Below are positions 45,312 through 59,149 of a DNA stretch of 64,000 bases, piece after piece. The translations under genes were made by a program, and so were the position numbers. The DNA comes from Eledone cirrhosa (taxonomy: Eukaryota), in contig OZ024740.1 of the NCBI GenBank assembly GCA_964016885.1, forward strand, positions 101,246,001 through 101,310,000, written 5' to 3'. Under the pieces are notes generated by a model. It had not been told where the DNA came from, made no database searches, and saw nothing but the letters and a program-made list of their open reading frames with translations. Numbering within the stretch: position 1 is the stretch's first letter; the number at the start of each line of letters is the position of its first letter.

Positions 45312-45394
45312 CATATATATACATATATATATATACATATACATATATATATACATATATATATACATATATATATACATATATATATATATAC

Positions 45395-45442
<48 letters not shown>

Positions 45443-45456
45443 ACATATATATATAC

Positions 45457-45543
<87 letters not shown>

Positions 45544-45590
45544 CATATATATTTATATATATATATATATATACATATATATTTATATAC

Positions 45591-45621
<31 letters not shown>

Positions 45622-45632
45622 CATATATATAC

Positions 45633-45665
<33 letters not shown>

Positions 45666-45669
45666 CATG

Positions 45670-45711
<42 letters not shown>

Positions 45712-45782
45712 TACATATACATATATACATATATACATATATACATATACATATATATATAAATACATATATACATATATAT

Positions 45783-45813
<31 letters not shown>

Positions 45814-45830
45814 TACACATATAAATTATT
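42631..45830. repeat. (TA)n/(TACA)n tracts around the element at 44153-44760
   Basis: Direct inspection. Confidence 0.95.
44153..44760 (-). mobile_element. Copy of the 600-bp RTE-type non-autonomous element (longest 5' end)
   Basis: Reverse complement of 34840-35443. Confidence 0.85.
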
Positions 45831-45878
45831 AAAAAATAATGAATAAACAAAGAAAGAATTCCTTATATTAAAAAAATT

Positions 45879-46018
45879 CATCATTTTACGATCGTTTCTA
45901 GGATATATATGTGTTAGAGTTGGTATGCATATTCTATAGATCTATGTACAATATGTATACAAACTATCAGAGGGAATATACATACCTACACATATATATG
46001 CTGTCTTCAGAAATTATG
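45879..46018 (-). ncRNA. Type I hammerhead ribozyme motif with long stem II
   Basis: Minus: cataattt-CTGAAGA-cagcatatatatgtgt...acacatatatatccta-GAAA-cgatcg-TA-aaatgatg; palindromic stem III; mismatches at the base of stem II. Confidence 0.7.
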
Positions 46019-47123
46019 ATATTTGTTTACTGATAAGAACAAAGATTCAATACAACAGGTCTGTTTGGGAACAGGTTTTGAATTGACCAATCAGGAGATA
46101 TTGAGGGTCAAGATAGTATTATAGTAGTAAGAGAACCTTAAATTATGGGTAGAGGAAGGTAGATTTCAGTTTTGGATGGAAAAGAGTATTATGAATGAAG
46201 GATTATTTTAGGGATGAAATAGGTCATATGCTGACCTCAGAAATAATTTTATTTGTTCATTGAATAAAACCAACAAAGATCTAATATATTCTGTCTGTTT
46301 GGTAAGAGGTTTAGCATTAACCAATAGAAAGTTAATAATTGGCCAAATGGTAAAATAGTAGTAATTGAAGCTTATTTTAGGGGTGAAACTAGGTCAGGTG
46401 GTCAGTAAAAGGTATACAAGCAGTTGCTGTTATAAAATAGTAATGCCAATACAAATATCTAAGGTGACCAAAGTTTTAAGATAAGGATGTTAGTGAAAAA
46501 ATACATCTATGAAAAGAATATAAAATTAATTTAATTGATGGGTATATTTATATTGATAAAATTATACTAATACATACAGATATGATAAATAAGAGTTAGA
46601 TGCAGTTGAAAAGTGCTGTTAAAGATGAGGGGGGATTAAAAGAATATAAAAATAAAATATATATATATATATATACCCACACATATATATACACATACAT
46701 ATACACATACACATATATATATATATACACACATATATACACCCATATACACATATATATACATACATGTACATATATATACACACACACACACAATATA
46801 TACACATATACACATATATATATATACACATATATATATATACACATATATATATATACACATATATATATATACACATATATATATATATACACATATA
46901 TATATACACATATATACACATATATATATATACATATATATATATACATATATATATATATACATATATACATATACATATATATACATATATATACATA
47001 TATATACATATACATATATATATACATATATATATATATACATATATATATACATATATATATATATACATATATATACATATATATACATATACATACA
47101 TATGCATATATATATACTTATAC

Positions 47124-47202
<79 letters not shown>

Positions 47203-47225
47203 CATATATACATATATATATATAC

Positions 47226-47256
<31 letters not shown>

Positions 47257-47275
47257 CACATATAAATATATATAC

Positions 47276-47306
<31 letters not shown>

Positions 47307-47348
47307 CATATATATATATACACATATATATATACACATATATATACG

Positions 47349-47396
<48 letters not shown>

Positions 47397-47454
47397 CACA
47401 TATATATATATACATATATATATATATACATACATACATATATATATACATACA

Positions 47455-47589
47455 TTGGAGAGATGCTGTGCTGAATAAGACCCGTCCCACCCTTGCAAGC
47501 AGGGAAAAGCGGACGTAAAATGATGATGATCATGATGATGATGATATACATATACATACATATATATATATACATATATATACATATAC

Positions 47590-47635
<46 letters not shown>

Positions 47636-47990
47636 TCATATATATATATATGATGATGATGATGATGACACATATAAATATATATACATATATATATATA
47701 CATATATATATATATACATATATATATATACACATATATATATACACATATATATACGTATATATATATATATACATATATATATATACATATATATATA
47801 CATACATATATATATATACATACATACATATATATATATACATATATATATATATACATACATATATATATATACATACATACATATATATATACATACA
47901 TTGGAGAGATGCTGTGCTGAATAAGACCCATCCCACCCTTGCAAGCAGGGAAAAGCGGACGTAAAATGATGATGATCATGATGATGATGA
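47455..47990 (+). repeat. Tandemly duplicated SINE/RTE tail fragment plus TA tract (period about 446 bp)
   Basis: ttggagagatgctgtgctgaataagaccc..ggacgtaaaatgatgatgatcatgatg at 47455 and 47901. Confidence 0.85.
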
Positions 47991-48035
47991 TATACATATA
48001 CATACATATATATATATACATATATATACATATAC

Positions 48036-48066
<31 letters not shown>

Positions 48067-48071
48067 CATAC

Positions 48072-48113
<42 letters not shown>

Positions 48114-48145
48114 ATACATACATATATATATATATATACATATAC

Positions 48146-48640
48146 ATCATCATCATCATCATCATCACCGTTTTACGTCCGTTCTTCCACGCTAGCATGG
48201 GTTAGACGGGTTGTCCTGTTGTGGGCAGTGTCTGGTCGGCTGACCATGCCTTGCTCATACAGGAACTGATCTGGCTTGATTTCTACAGCTGGATGCCCTT
48301 CCTAACACCAACCTCATTTACAGTGAGTGCTGGGTGCTTTTTCGTGGCGCCTACACGTCCACTTTACAGTGTGGGCTGGGTGCTTTTTTGCCGTGGCACC
48401 TCCACGACCACCTTGCGGTGGGGGGTGGGGGGGCATATTGTTTATATGCTTCAGCATGTACCCATGGGAGGTCGGGTACCCTGTATTACTGCGTGACGCC
48501 AGAAGTCACGGTCGTGTGTCATTGACTTTGAGAGGTGTAGTTGGGTAAGGTCGGCTTTTATCACCTCATCCCAAGTCATCTTGGGTCTCCCCACTCCGCG
48601 GTTTCCATCAACTTCTAGTGCTCTGCACCTTTTTATGCAT
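48146..48640 (-). mobile_element. RTE subfamily B 3' fragment
   Basis: Near-identical to 63000-63497; [23 protein letters not shown]. Confidence 0.93.
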
Positions 48641-48674
48641 ATACACACATATATATGTGTGTATATATACATAT

Positions 48675-48720
<46 letters not shown>

Positions 48721-48774
48721 ATATATATAGATATATATACATATATATACATATACAGATACATATATATACAT

Positions 48775-49810
48775 AGCAAGTGCCCACAAAATACTAGCTC
48801 TTTCAATTGCGCAGAGGGTTCTATAGAAATAGTGGACAGCTTCCGTTACCTGGGCGATAAAATCAGCAGTGGGGGAGGGTGCTCTGAAAGTACTGTGGCT
48901 AGAGTCAGAACTGGGTGGAAAAAGTTCAGAGAGCTTATACCACTATTAGCTGCTAAAGGGTTCTCCCTAAAAATGAAAGGCAGGTTGTACGATGCCTGCA
49001 TACGAACAGCAATGCTGCATGGCAGTGAGACCTGGGCATTGTGTGCAGAGGATATACGCAGACTAGAGAGGAACGAAGCTTGCATGCTCCGCTGGATGTG
49101 TAACAGTAATATACGTGAACGGCAAAGCATAAACGAACTAAGGAAAAATTAGAGATAAGAGGGATCAGATGTTGTTTACTCGAGAGAAGGCTACGTTGGT
49201 ATGGACACGTGATGCGCATGAAAGTCGATAGCTGTATAACAAAGTGCAGGGCAATAAAGATAGACGGTAGTCACGGAATAGGCAGACCTAAAAAAACCTG
49301 GGACGAGCTGATAAACTCCGACATCACACACTTACACCTCTCCAAGACAATGTCACTGGACCGAGACCTTTGGTGGTACTCAGTAACAGAGAAGACCCGC
49401 CTTACCTAAATATATAGTAAAACCTACTACAGCCAGTAGGCATCTCTAACAAAATACACCCCGTCCCACCACCACCACCCCCACCCCATCCTCACCACCC
49501 CGTTCTATGTAAAGTTATGTTGGTGCCGCGCCATCGAGGCCGAAACAAATGAGATCGTGTAGGTGTCACGACAAAAAAACACACAGTCCACGCTGTAATG
49601 TGGCCGTGTAGGCAACACGGTAAAAACCTCCCAGACCCACACTGTAAATGTGGTTTGTGTTAGGAAGGGCATCCAACTGTAGAAAACCTGCCAGACAGTC
49701 CTATGCGAGCAAGACAATCACTCTTGCCTCAAGTGGGACTACCCCCGTCCAAACCCATGCAAGCGTGGAACACGGACGTTAAACGTTGATGATGATGATG
49801 ATGATGATGA
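48775..49810 (+). mobile_element. RTE subfamily A 3' fragment
   Basis: [27 protein letters not shown]; (GAT)n tail. Confidence 0.95.
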
Positions 49811-49823
49811 TATATACATATAC

Positions 49824-49870
<47 letters not shown>

Positions 49871-49992
49871 CATATATATATATACATATATATATATACA
49901 TATATATATATACATATATATATATACACACATATATATATACATATATATTATTCATATATATTTACGTATATATATACATATATATGTAT

Positions 49993-50025
<33 letters not shown>

Positions 50026-50510
50026 TATATATATACATATATATATACATATATATATATATACATATATACATATATATATATACATATACATATATAT
50101 ATACTTATATACATATATACATATATATATATATATACACATATATACATATATACATATATATATATATATACACATATATACATATATACATATATAC
50201 GTATATATATATATACACATATATACATATATACATATATACACATATATATATACACATATATACATATATACATATATATATATATACATATACATAT
50301 ATACATATATATATATATGAATATACATATATATATATACATATATACATATATACATATATATATATATACATATACATATATACATATATATATATAT
50401 GAATATACATATATACATATATATATATACATATATATATATATACATATACATATATATACATATACATATATATACATATACATATATATACATATAC
50501 ATGTATATAC

Positions 50511-50541
<31 letters not shown>

Positions 50542-50762
50542 TTACACAAATCCAGCCTCCTGTCATTTCATTATAATATTTAACTCCGTAATAGCACCAC
50601 CAACTACAAAAATAAAGACGGTTGAACTGCTTTACGTTGAGTACTCTCTATATTATTGCATTACGATTGACCATACGGAATAGACCAGCTCTATACAGTG
50701 GTGAACCTCAAACCTGAATAAATATATACATATATATATATATACATACATAGATATATACA

Positions 50763-50794
<32 letters not shown>

Positions 50795-50801
50795 CATATA
50801 C

Positions 50802-50873
<72 letters not shown>

Positions 50874-50899
50874 CATCATATACATATATATATATATAC

Positions 50900-51042
<143 letters not shown>

Positions 51043-51096
51043 CATATATACATATATGCATATATATATATATACACATATATATATACATATATT

Positions 51097-51150
<54 letters not shown>

Positions 51151-51326
51151 CATATATATGTATATGTATATATATATGTATATATATATATATACATATA
51201 TTTGTATATGTATATATATATATATGCATATATATATATATACATATATTTGTATATGTATATGTATATATATGCATATATATATATATACCTATATATG
51301 TATATATATATATACATATATATATA

Positions 51327-51840
51327 TGTAAAGGAAAGGGATGTTTCTCTTTGTTGAATATAAGTCACCAATTTGGTTGAGGTATATAAGTACCAATTTA
51401 CCAGAGAAGTATATGTCGAGAGTTGTAATGTCGCCACGAGGAACCAGGTTTGGTAGAAAGATATGATAGGAATATCAACCACTACTTAATCTTATTTTTA
51501 CATTATTTATTAACAAAGGTTGAGCTGGCATGCCGAGAGAAATTAAACAAACGAATTAAGATTCCAGAAAGACACGGTCTACTGGCTGGGAGAAGCGTTG
51601 CCAGGCCGTGGTTAAATTGTTGTGTTACATATTCGATAGTGATTTCACAGCGCAAGAAAAATGGTTGTTTACCTTCGCACGGTCAAAGCTACGAGACATA
51701 GCGTCCTCAAATCTTTGCGGGCTATTTCTCCCTCAGAACGCATAGGGATACATCCTCTTCTACTGGCGCTTATATTGGCTGAGCTGAGCCAAATCACGCA
51801 CAGAGAATGTATGTGAGCCCGCGGAATGTAGGTCACTACA
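51327..51840 (-). mobile_element. Solo LTR (514 bp, TGTA...TACA termini)
   Basis: TG...CA ends; CCAAT, TATAAG and AATAAA on the minus strand; second copy at 33376; embedded in TA tracts. Confidence 0.72.
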
Positions 51841-51981
51841 TATGCATATATCTATAAATGTATATTATATACATATATATGTATTTGTATATATAAACAT
51901 ACATACATATGTATATACATATATGTATTTGTATATATATATATATACATACATATGTATATCTATATATATGTATATGTA

Positions 51982-52028
<47 letters not shown>

Positions 52029-52312
52029 ATAATTATGTATATGTATATATACATATATATGTATATATATATATATGTACATGTATATATATATACATAT
52101 ATATGTATATATATATATATATATGTACATGTATATATATATACATATATATGTATATATATACATATGTATATATATGTACGTGTATATGTATATATAT
52201 ACATATATATGTATATATATACATATATATGTATATATATATACATATACATGTATATGTATATATATATACATATATATGCATATATATATATACATAT
52301 ACATATATATGC

Positions 52313-52344
<32 letters not shown>

Positions 52345-52405
52345 GTATATATATATACATATACATATATATGTATATATATATACATATACATATATAT
52401 GATTG

Positions 52406-52437
<32 letters not shown>

Positions 52438-52480
52438 TACATATACATATATATATATACATATATATATATACATATAC

Positions 52481-52583
<103 letters not shown>

Positions 52584-52658
52584 TATATATATATACACAC
52601 ATATATATATATATACATATACATATATATATACATATATATATACATATATATATAC

Positions 52659-52697
<39 letters not shown>

Positions 52698-52698
52698 C

Positions 52699-52750
<52 letters not shown>

Positions 52751-52755
52751 GTATA

Positions 52756-52788
<33 letters not shown>

Positions 52789-52789
52789 C

Positions 52790-52825
<36 letters not shown>

Positions 52826-52900
52826 GTATATATATATATATATATTGGTAAACGGAATAGAAAATGCTGACAAATTGTTCACAGTTGAAAAATGGTTTAA

Positions 52901-53852
52901 TCTATCTATATATATAAAACTGTGGTTGTCTGTCTGTCTATCGATTTTTGGCACACATCTCCTCTTAGAATCTCTGACGGAATTGCACCGAAATTGCTAT
53001 ACTTGTACATTGAGCCCTAGTCAAGACATCGGAAAAAAAATATTTCAAATTGACCCACCCTATGTGACGAAATCGAATATAATGTATCGATTTTTGAGCG
53101 TAAGTTATCAGTTATTTCCCTTTGTTCTGTTTACATTGAGCGTCTTACGTAAAAAATTACGCTGGCTTTCTCAGCGTTTAAAATGACATTAACACAATAC
53201 ACGAACAGTTGTCGAGCCAGCAAAATATTGACCTGCAAAATTCATCAGTTCGAACACTAAGCTTCCGTTTTGCTTCATTTCCATTTAAAAGCATTTTAAA
53301 ACAATATTTTTACTTGAAAACAAGTCTATTTAAAGACTACGTAAAACAAGCAAATATTTCGTCGTTAGGCGTGCAGACAGACAGTCGTGCAGACAGACAG
53401 TCGTGCAGAGAGGTGATATACGCGTGCAGACAGACAGTCGTGCAGAGAGGTGATATAGGCGTGCAGACAGACAGTCGTGCAGAGAGGTGATATAGGCGTG
53501 CAGACAGACAGTCGTGCAGAGAGGTGATATAGGCGTGCAGACAGACATAACTGATAATTTGGTTACGCTAATGTTTTTCTCTGAGTTGCAGTGTTTACAT
53601 TTTCGATCTTTGTTAATAAATAACCAGTGCAGTTTCTATCCCCAGCATCCTCTTTTGTTATAACATTCGGGTTATCGTTATGTTTTCTTAACTTCATAAG
53701 GCATATTGTTGGTTGAGGGAATATTAATCAAAAACACCACATGCAAGTCTGCACAGTAGACACTACAGTTTTTAAGCCAAGAAAGAAACTTAACATGGTA
53801 ACTTTAACACAGCTACTGAGCGACCCCGAGCAACGCCGGGCTTTACTGCTAG
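52901..53852 (+). mobile_element. Non-autonomous Helitron
   Basis: 5' TCTATCTATATATATAAAA; 3' hairpin cccgagcaacgccggg then CTAG; inserted between A and T; removing it restores collinearity with 24885-24955. Confidence 0.88.
53368..53546. repeat. 37-bp minisatellite inside the Helitron
   Basis: aggcgtgcagacagacagtcgtgcagagaggtgatat, about 4.5 copies. Confidence 0.92.
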
Positions 53853-53917
53853 TTAGGAATAAAAGAGTATTAGTGAATGTATGGGTTAGTATTCAGTTGT
53901 GGTTTTAAGTCTTTGAG

Positions 53918-53955
53918 TTTTTACCGGTTGCGCATTTCTAAATGCTTTTCAAAAA
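53918..53955 (-). ncRNA. Variant minimal type I hammerhead ribozyme motif (U3-A8, GCAA)
   Basis: Minus: ttt-TTGAAAA-gcatt taga aatgc-GCAA-ccgg-TA-aaaa, downstream of the GIY-YIG ORF. Confidence 0.55.
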
Positions 53956-54285
53956 TAATGTTGAGATAGAGTGTCCGTGCTGTTTGCTCTGATCTGATTA
54001 GTTTGGGGAATTCTACCTGTTTTTATGTTAAAAAAGTGGCTCCAGCGTTATTTTTGTGTTGCAAAAACGCTTGTGGTCAAAACAATTTTGATTGGTCGGT
54101 AGAGGTCATGTGAATGTAAAAAGTTGATTTTGCGCCAAGACTGTTTTTATGTTAAAAAAGTGGCTCCAGCAAAAATTCTTGGTCAAAACAATTTTGATTG
54201 GTCGGTAGAGGTCATGTGGATTAAAAATTAGTTTTGCGCCAAGATTGAGAAATGACTCTTTCACAACAAATATGTGTGTGTGTGA

Positions 54286-54335
<50 letters not shown>

Positions 54336-54406
54336 AGTAGTAGTAGTAAGGTGTTCGATGCTGCGACAATGGCCAGCAGCGATGTGTGTCAAATGGCTAT
54401 TAAGAT

Positions 54407-54473
<67 letters not shown>

Positions 54474-55739
54474 GCAGAGTAATTCGATGGTCAGTAAGAA
54501 TGTGTCTGAAAGCAGTGGGGGGTATTTTAACATGTCAAAAGATATTTTTCAGCTTTTGTCTTATACGTAGAAGTGTGTGTGTGTATAAGTCTCTTTGTAT
54601 GTTGATGTACGCGTGTGTATGTGTTTGTGTATATATGTGTGTGGGTGTGTGTGTGTGGGTGGACCAGTATTTTTTTCTCCCTGGTAAAATGGTGTACATT
54701 ATTCGATTTTTTCAGTAAAATCGGTTCTCTTAATAGAACATCAAAAATCTTAACAATAAAAGGTGTGAAATGATATTCACTATATATATATACACATACA
54801 CATATTCACTACATATATATATATATATACATATATACATACATATATATGCACATATATTTTTTTGTATTGCACCATAGAGCATGTGTGTTTACGTGTG
54901 TCATTGTGTTTATATGTGGGTAGAGATGTGTGCTGATGTAGGTATGTATGTTGACGTGTGTATGTTGTGGGTTCGTCTTAGGGAGAAGTGTTTAGACGGG
55001 GTCCGTATTTGTTAATGAAGTAAGATTCCTTGCTGATGCGCTGGGTGTGGGTGGCATTATCTTTAAATTTGTAGAGGGGAAAGATTATGAAGTTGGGATG
55101 ATTTTGGGCGGCACAGGTGTCAATGTGTTCACTCAGTGGTATTTTCCTGTATTCCCGTATTTTAATTTGGGATCTATGGACAGTCATGCGTTGGCGGAGG
55201 CTGTTTTTGGTCTGGCCTATGTATTGTTCTCGACAACCTGAACAAGTTAATACATATATTAGATTTTCCGATGCACATGTGAAATTGTGTTTTACTATAA
55301 AACGTTGTCCATCTTTGAAATAGAATTCCGAACCCTCTATTAGGTTGATGCAAATGCCACAGTTGGGTTTATCGTATTTTTTTTACTGTGGGTTTCGTTG
55401 TTGTGGTTGGCAGTACTTTGGCACGTGTTAAGATGTTTTTCATTGACTTGGATTGTCTTTTGCTCTTTATGATATCGTGTGTTCGTAGAATTTGGTTCAT
55501 TCTATGGTCCTTTTTCAATACAGGGATGTTCTGGAGGATGGTGTCAAAGGCCTCATTGTTGAGGGGGTTGTGTGTGGAGATGTATGGAAGAGCTTTTACT
55601 TTTGGTTGATTTACGGAAAATCTTTTTTCAACTGTGAACAATTTGTCAGCATTTTCTATTCCGTTTACCAATATATAATAACTTGTGTGTTACACCTCTA
55701 TTCTTTTAACTATCATATCCTCACACGAGATACAGAAAA

Positions 55740-56545
55740 TGCCAACAAAAACGGATACAACCCTCATCAACTCAAATGAAGAGATCCTACAGGAACTCAA
55801 GAAAATCAACACCAACCTATCTTTGCTGGTCGACAAACTTGACTCCACAAATAAGGAAACCGCCACCGGATACAAACCCTCCGAAATCGGCGACAAACTC
55901 CAAAACCTTTGCGATACTATCCAAACTATGTTCACTACTACCAACCCAGGAAAAACCAACGAAGAACCATGTGAGATTGATTCACACAAAATGAAAATTC
56001 GAACAATTCCAAAATGGAACAAATCCCTCAGAGACAGAAAGTTCTCATTCTGGAAGATGATACAAAATCACAACAAAGCAGAGATATATGAAAAATGGCT
56101 TAACTCAACCCCTCTAACTCTCCCCCGTAAACTACAAATAAAGTCCATTCCAAATGAACCCGAACCTCAAAGACACCTTAGGGAAAGAATGGCATTGGAA
56201 AAAATGAAGACAGAAATTGAACTTCTTAAACTGAGGGCCCAGACAAATGAGGAAAAAATCAAAATCTTCGATGAAGAGATCCTCCTGGAAATCAACAACA
56301 AAACTGAAGGCCCCAAGGTAGAGAAGATCTCCAAATTATGGAAAGGGGACTGCAACAGAGAAGAACTGAAATCCCTTCAACGCTGGGAAAAAAGTGCCGC
56401 TTGGTTCCTACACTATGAATCGACTTTTCAAACGGATTACACCTCCAATAACCCGTTCATAAAAATAGGAAAACCCATAACTGAACCGCACAACAACTTC
56501 TCAAACCCCCAAGCCTCAAACAAACGAAGAAGGAAGCACCACACC
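55740..56545 (+). CDS. Coiled-coil-like ORF, probably the 5' ORF or N-terminal region of the Neptune-like PLE; truncated by the next insertion
   Basis: About 270 open codons from the ATG at 55740; preceded by pLTR sequence 55625-55672; charged, helical-looking, Trp-punctuated. Confidence 0.6.
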
Positions 56546-58183
56546 GATGGTATATTTAATGTTTTTGTCTTTCAAGGACCATGTGAGTTCTGAGAGAGCC
56601 GTGTTGGTTCTTTTAATTTGTATTGAAAAGAACCAACACGGCTCTCTCAGAACTCATATGGTCCTTGAAAGACAAAAACATTAAATATACCATCTTTTGG
56701 AAGAAGGTTTCTTCTGCGTCCTCATACTTGAACAGCTCTCTATCTAAAATCTGTAATCTCTGCCTAAATGAAAAATTTACCATTATCTCTAATCTAGATT
56801 CTATAATAAATAGACGTACAGATTTGTTTTCTATCTGCCTGCATAAATTCCATAGGACTTTTCACAAAGTATACAGCTAATATTCAATTCTTTATCAATT
56901 TAGAATCTTTTCTCAAAGGCACATATACATACACCTCTTTAAAATATACCCATCTTCCTACCTTACTTCAAAGAGCATTATACACTCTATAATACTTGTT
57001 TACTCATTACCCTCATTCTATCTTCACCTTGTAAAATCCTTCATAACATATACATTTGGTTTTTTTGACGTTAGAATATTCATCCGCAATTATTATTTTT
57101 TCTCTCCATCATCAAACTTTTTAATCTCAATACATTAACTCCCTTTCCTTTTGACGATAGAATATTCATCCTTAATAATATATTTTCTTCTTCCCATCAA
57201 CTAACTCACTCTTAATACATATTAACTCTTTCTTCGCACAAATTATCAATTCCTTCAATATAAAAACCTTAACTTCACATTATTTTTTCTCAAATCATCT
57301 AATACACAAACCTTAATAATTTGAATACATATTAACTCTTTCTTCGCACATATTATCAATTCCTTCAATATACAAACTTTAACTTCACATTATTTTTCTC
57401 AAATCCTTCAACACACAAACCTTAATATTTTTTTCTCTTCGTTAATTTTGAAATTGCCATAATACTTATAAACATACACCTTTTTGACGTTAGAATATTC
57501 ATCCGCAATTATTATTTTTTCTCTCTATCTTCAAACTTTTTAATCTCAATACATATCAACTCCCTCTCTTTCCCTTCGTTAATTTTCAAATTCTTTTAAT
57601 TTATACATTATCTCCCAACGGTTCTCAACCTCTCTATGTAAAACAACATATATTTTCTCAGTTATAAAAACTATCTCTTTCTCTCTATCACCCATCTCTC
57701 CCTCTCCACCTTCACTCTCATCTCCTCCCCCTTTTTTCATCCTTTCCACCCCCCCCTCTCTAAATAAAATATTTTTTCCTCGTACATATTTTTCCCTTCG
57801 TTAATTTTCAAATCCTTTTAATTTATACATTATCTTCCAACGGTTTTTAACCTCTCTATGTAAAACAATATATCTTCTCTCAGTTATAAAAACTATCTCT
57901 TTCTCTCTATCACCCATCTCTCCCTCTCCACCTTCACTCTCATCTCCTCCCCTTTTTTCATCCCCCCCCTCTCTAAATAAAATATTTTTCCCAATATCAC
58001 ACATCAATCTAAAACTACTTTTCATATGTTGATTTAAAACTGCACTATCCACAAGTGTTTTTTAGCCTTCATATCATGTTCTCCTGTTTTATCTGATGAA
58101 AACACAAATATTATTGCATGATGATGTTTGTTTTTGAAATGCGCATAATAAAATACATGGAACTCCTTTAACCATCTTTTGAT

Positions 58184-58185
<2 letters not shown>
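56546..58185 (+). mobile_element. Penelope-like element 3' end (endonuclease C-terminus, long 3' UTR, HHR) with 5' fold-back
   Basis: TALSELIWSLKDKNIKYTIFW..ICNLCLNEKFTII..INRRTDLFSICLH, related to 9189-9450; inverted repeat at 56546-56694; internal duplications at 57050-57990. Confidence 0.85.
58086..58154 (+). ncRNA. Minimal type I hammerhead ribozyme motif
   Basis: gttttat-CTGATGA-aaacacaaatatt..gatgtttgttttt-GAAA-tgcgca-TA-ataaaat. Confidence 0.75.
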
Positions 58186-58244
<59 letters not shown>

Positions 58245-58359
58245 GTATATATATATATACATATACATACTTATGTATATATATATATACGTATATATAT
58301 ATACATATACATACTTATGTATATATATATATGTATATATGTATACATATACATACTTA

Positions 58360-58402
<43 letters not shown>

Positions 58403-58410
<8 letters not shown>

Positions 58411-59149
58411 ATAAATTAACGGAGGCATAGGCCGTCGTTATTCCCTGTAAATAATGTGCTCAAAGGGGAAGAGCCCTTTAGAATATAATATGTTGAGAAG
58501 GTAACACACCAGAGAGAGATATATAGTGCGTTATCAATAATACACTGGTGGTTTTTTCACTGTATTATTGATAACGCACTATATATCTCTCTCTGGTGTG
58601 TAACCTCTCAACATATTATATTTTAAAGGGCTCAGGATCTCTTCCCCTTTGAGCACATTATTTACAGGGAATAATGACAGCCTATGCCTCCGTTAATTTA
58701 TCGTGATATTTCGCTCCTAACAACAGCCTTTCCTATCTGTTTGGTTGAGCACCCTTCTCTGAGTGGCTTTGGGCTGCCCTTTCTAGCAGTTCGTCTCTCA
58801 GAAACCACTGGTTCACTGCCCTTAAACACGCTGTGACTTCTCTCTCCCACGTGTGGCTGGACAGTCAATTGTAAAATTCTCTTAGTGTTGTCTGAGATGT
58901 ATAGCCTTACACACGCTGATGAACCGAGACTAACATTTCTTTCAACAATTTCTCTGGCGAAACATATCTCTGGATTTGTACGTGTGTAATATAGTTATAG
59001 AGGTATTTATTTACGCTTTAATTTATATTTTTAATTATCGTGTCTATAGTCTGCCTTTCATAGATTATAGATTCCATACACTGGTGGTTTTTTCCCTGTA
59101 TTATTGATAACGCACTATATATCTCTCTCTGGTGTGTTACCTTCTCAAC

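Larger units (their letters stand above)
52846..55624 (-). mobile_element. Penelope-like element (Neptune-like) 3' part: linker, Cys motif, GIY-YIG, 3' UTR and HHR-bearing pLTR, interrupted by a Helitron
   Basis: LPYISTHNP, KPNCGIC, FTCASENLIYVLTCSGCREQYIGQTKNSLRQRMTVH, RISKESYFINKYGPRLN (54978-55624, one frameshift). Confidence 0.88.

Noticed and set aside
53368-53546. CRISPR-like array (also 13600-13930)
   Set aside because: Head-to-tail tandem repeats without unique spacers; no cas genes; eukaryotic context
55625-55671. N-terminus ([15 protein letters not shown]) of ORF 55369-55671 as PLE protein
   Set aside because: It is the antisense of non-coding pLTR sequence also found at 52846 and about 24905-24950
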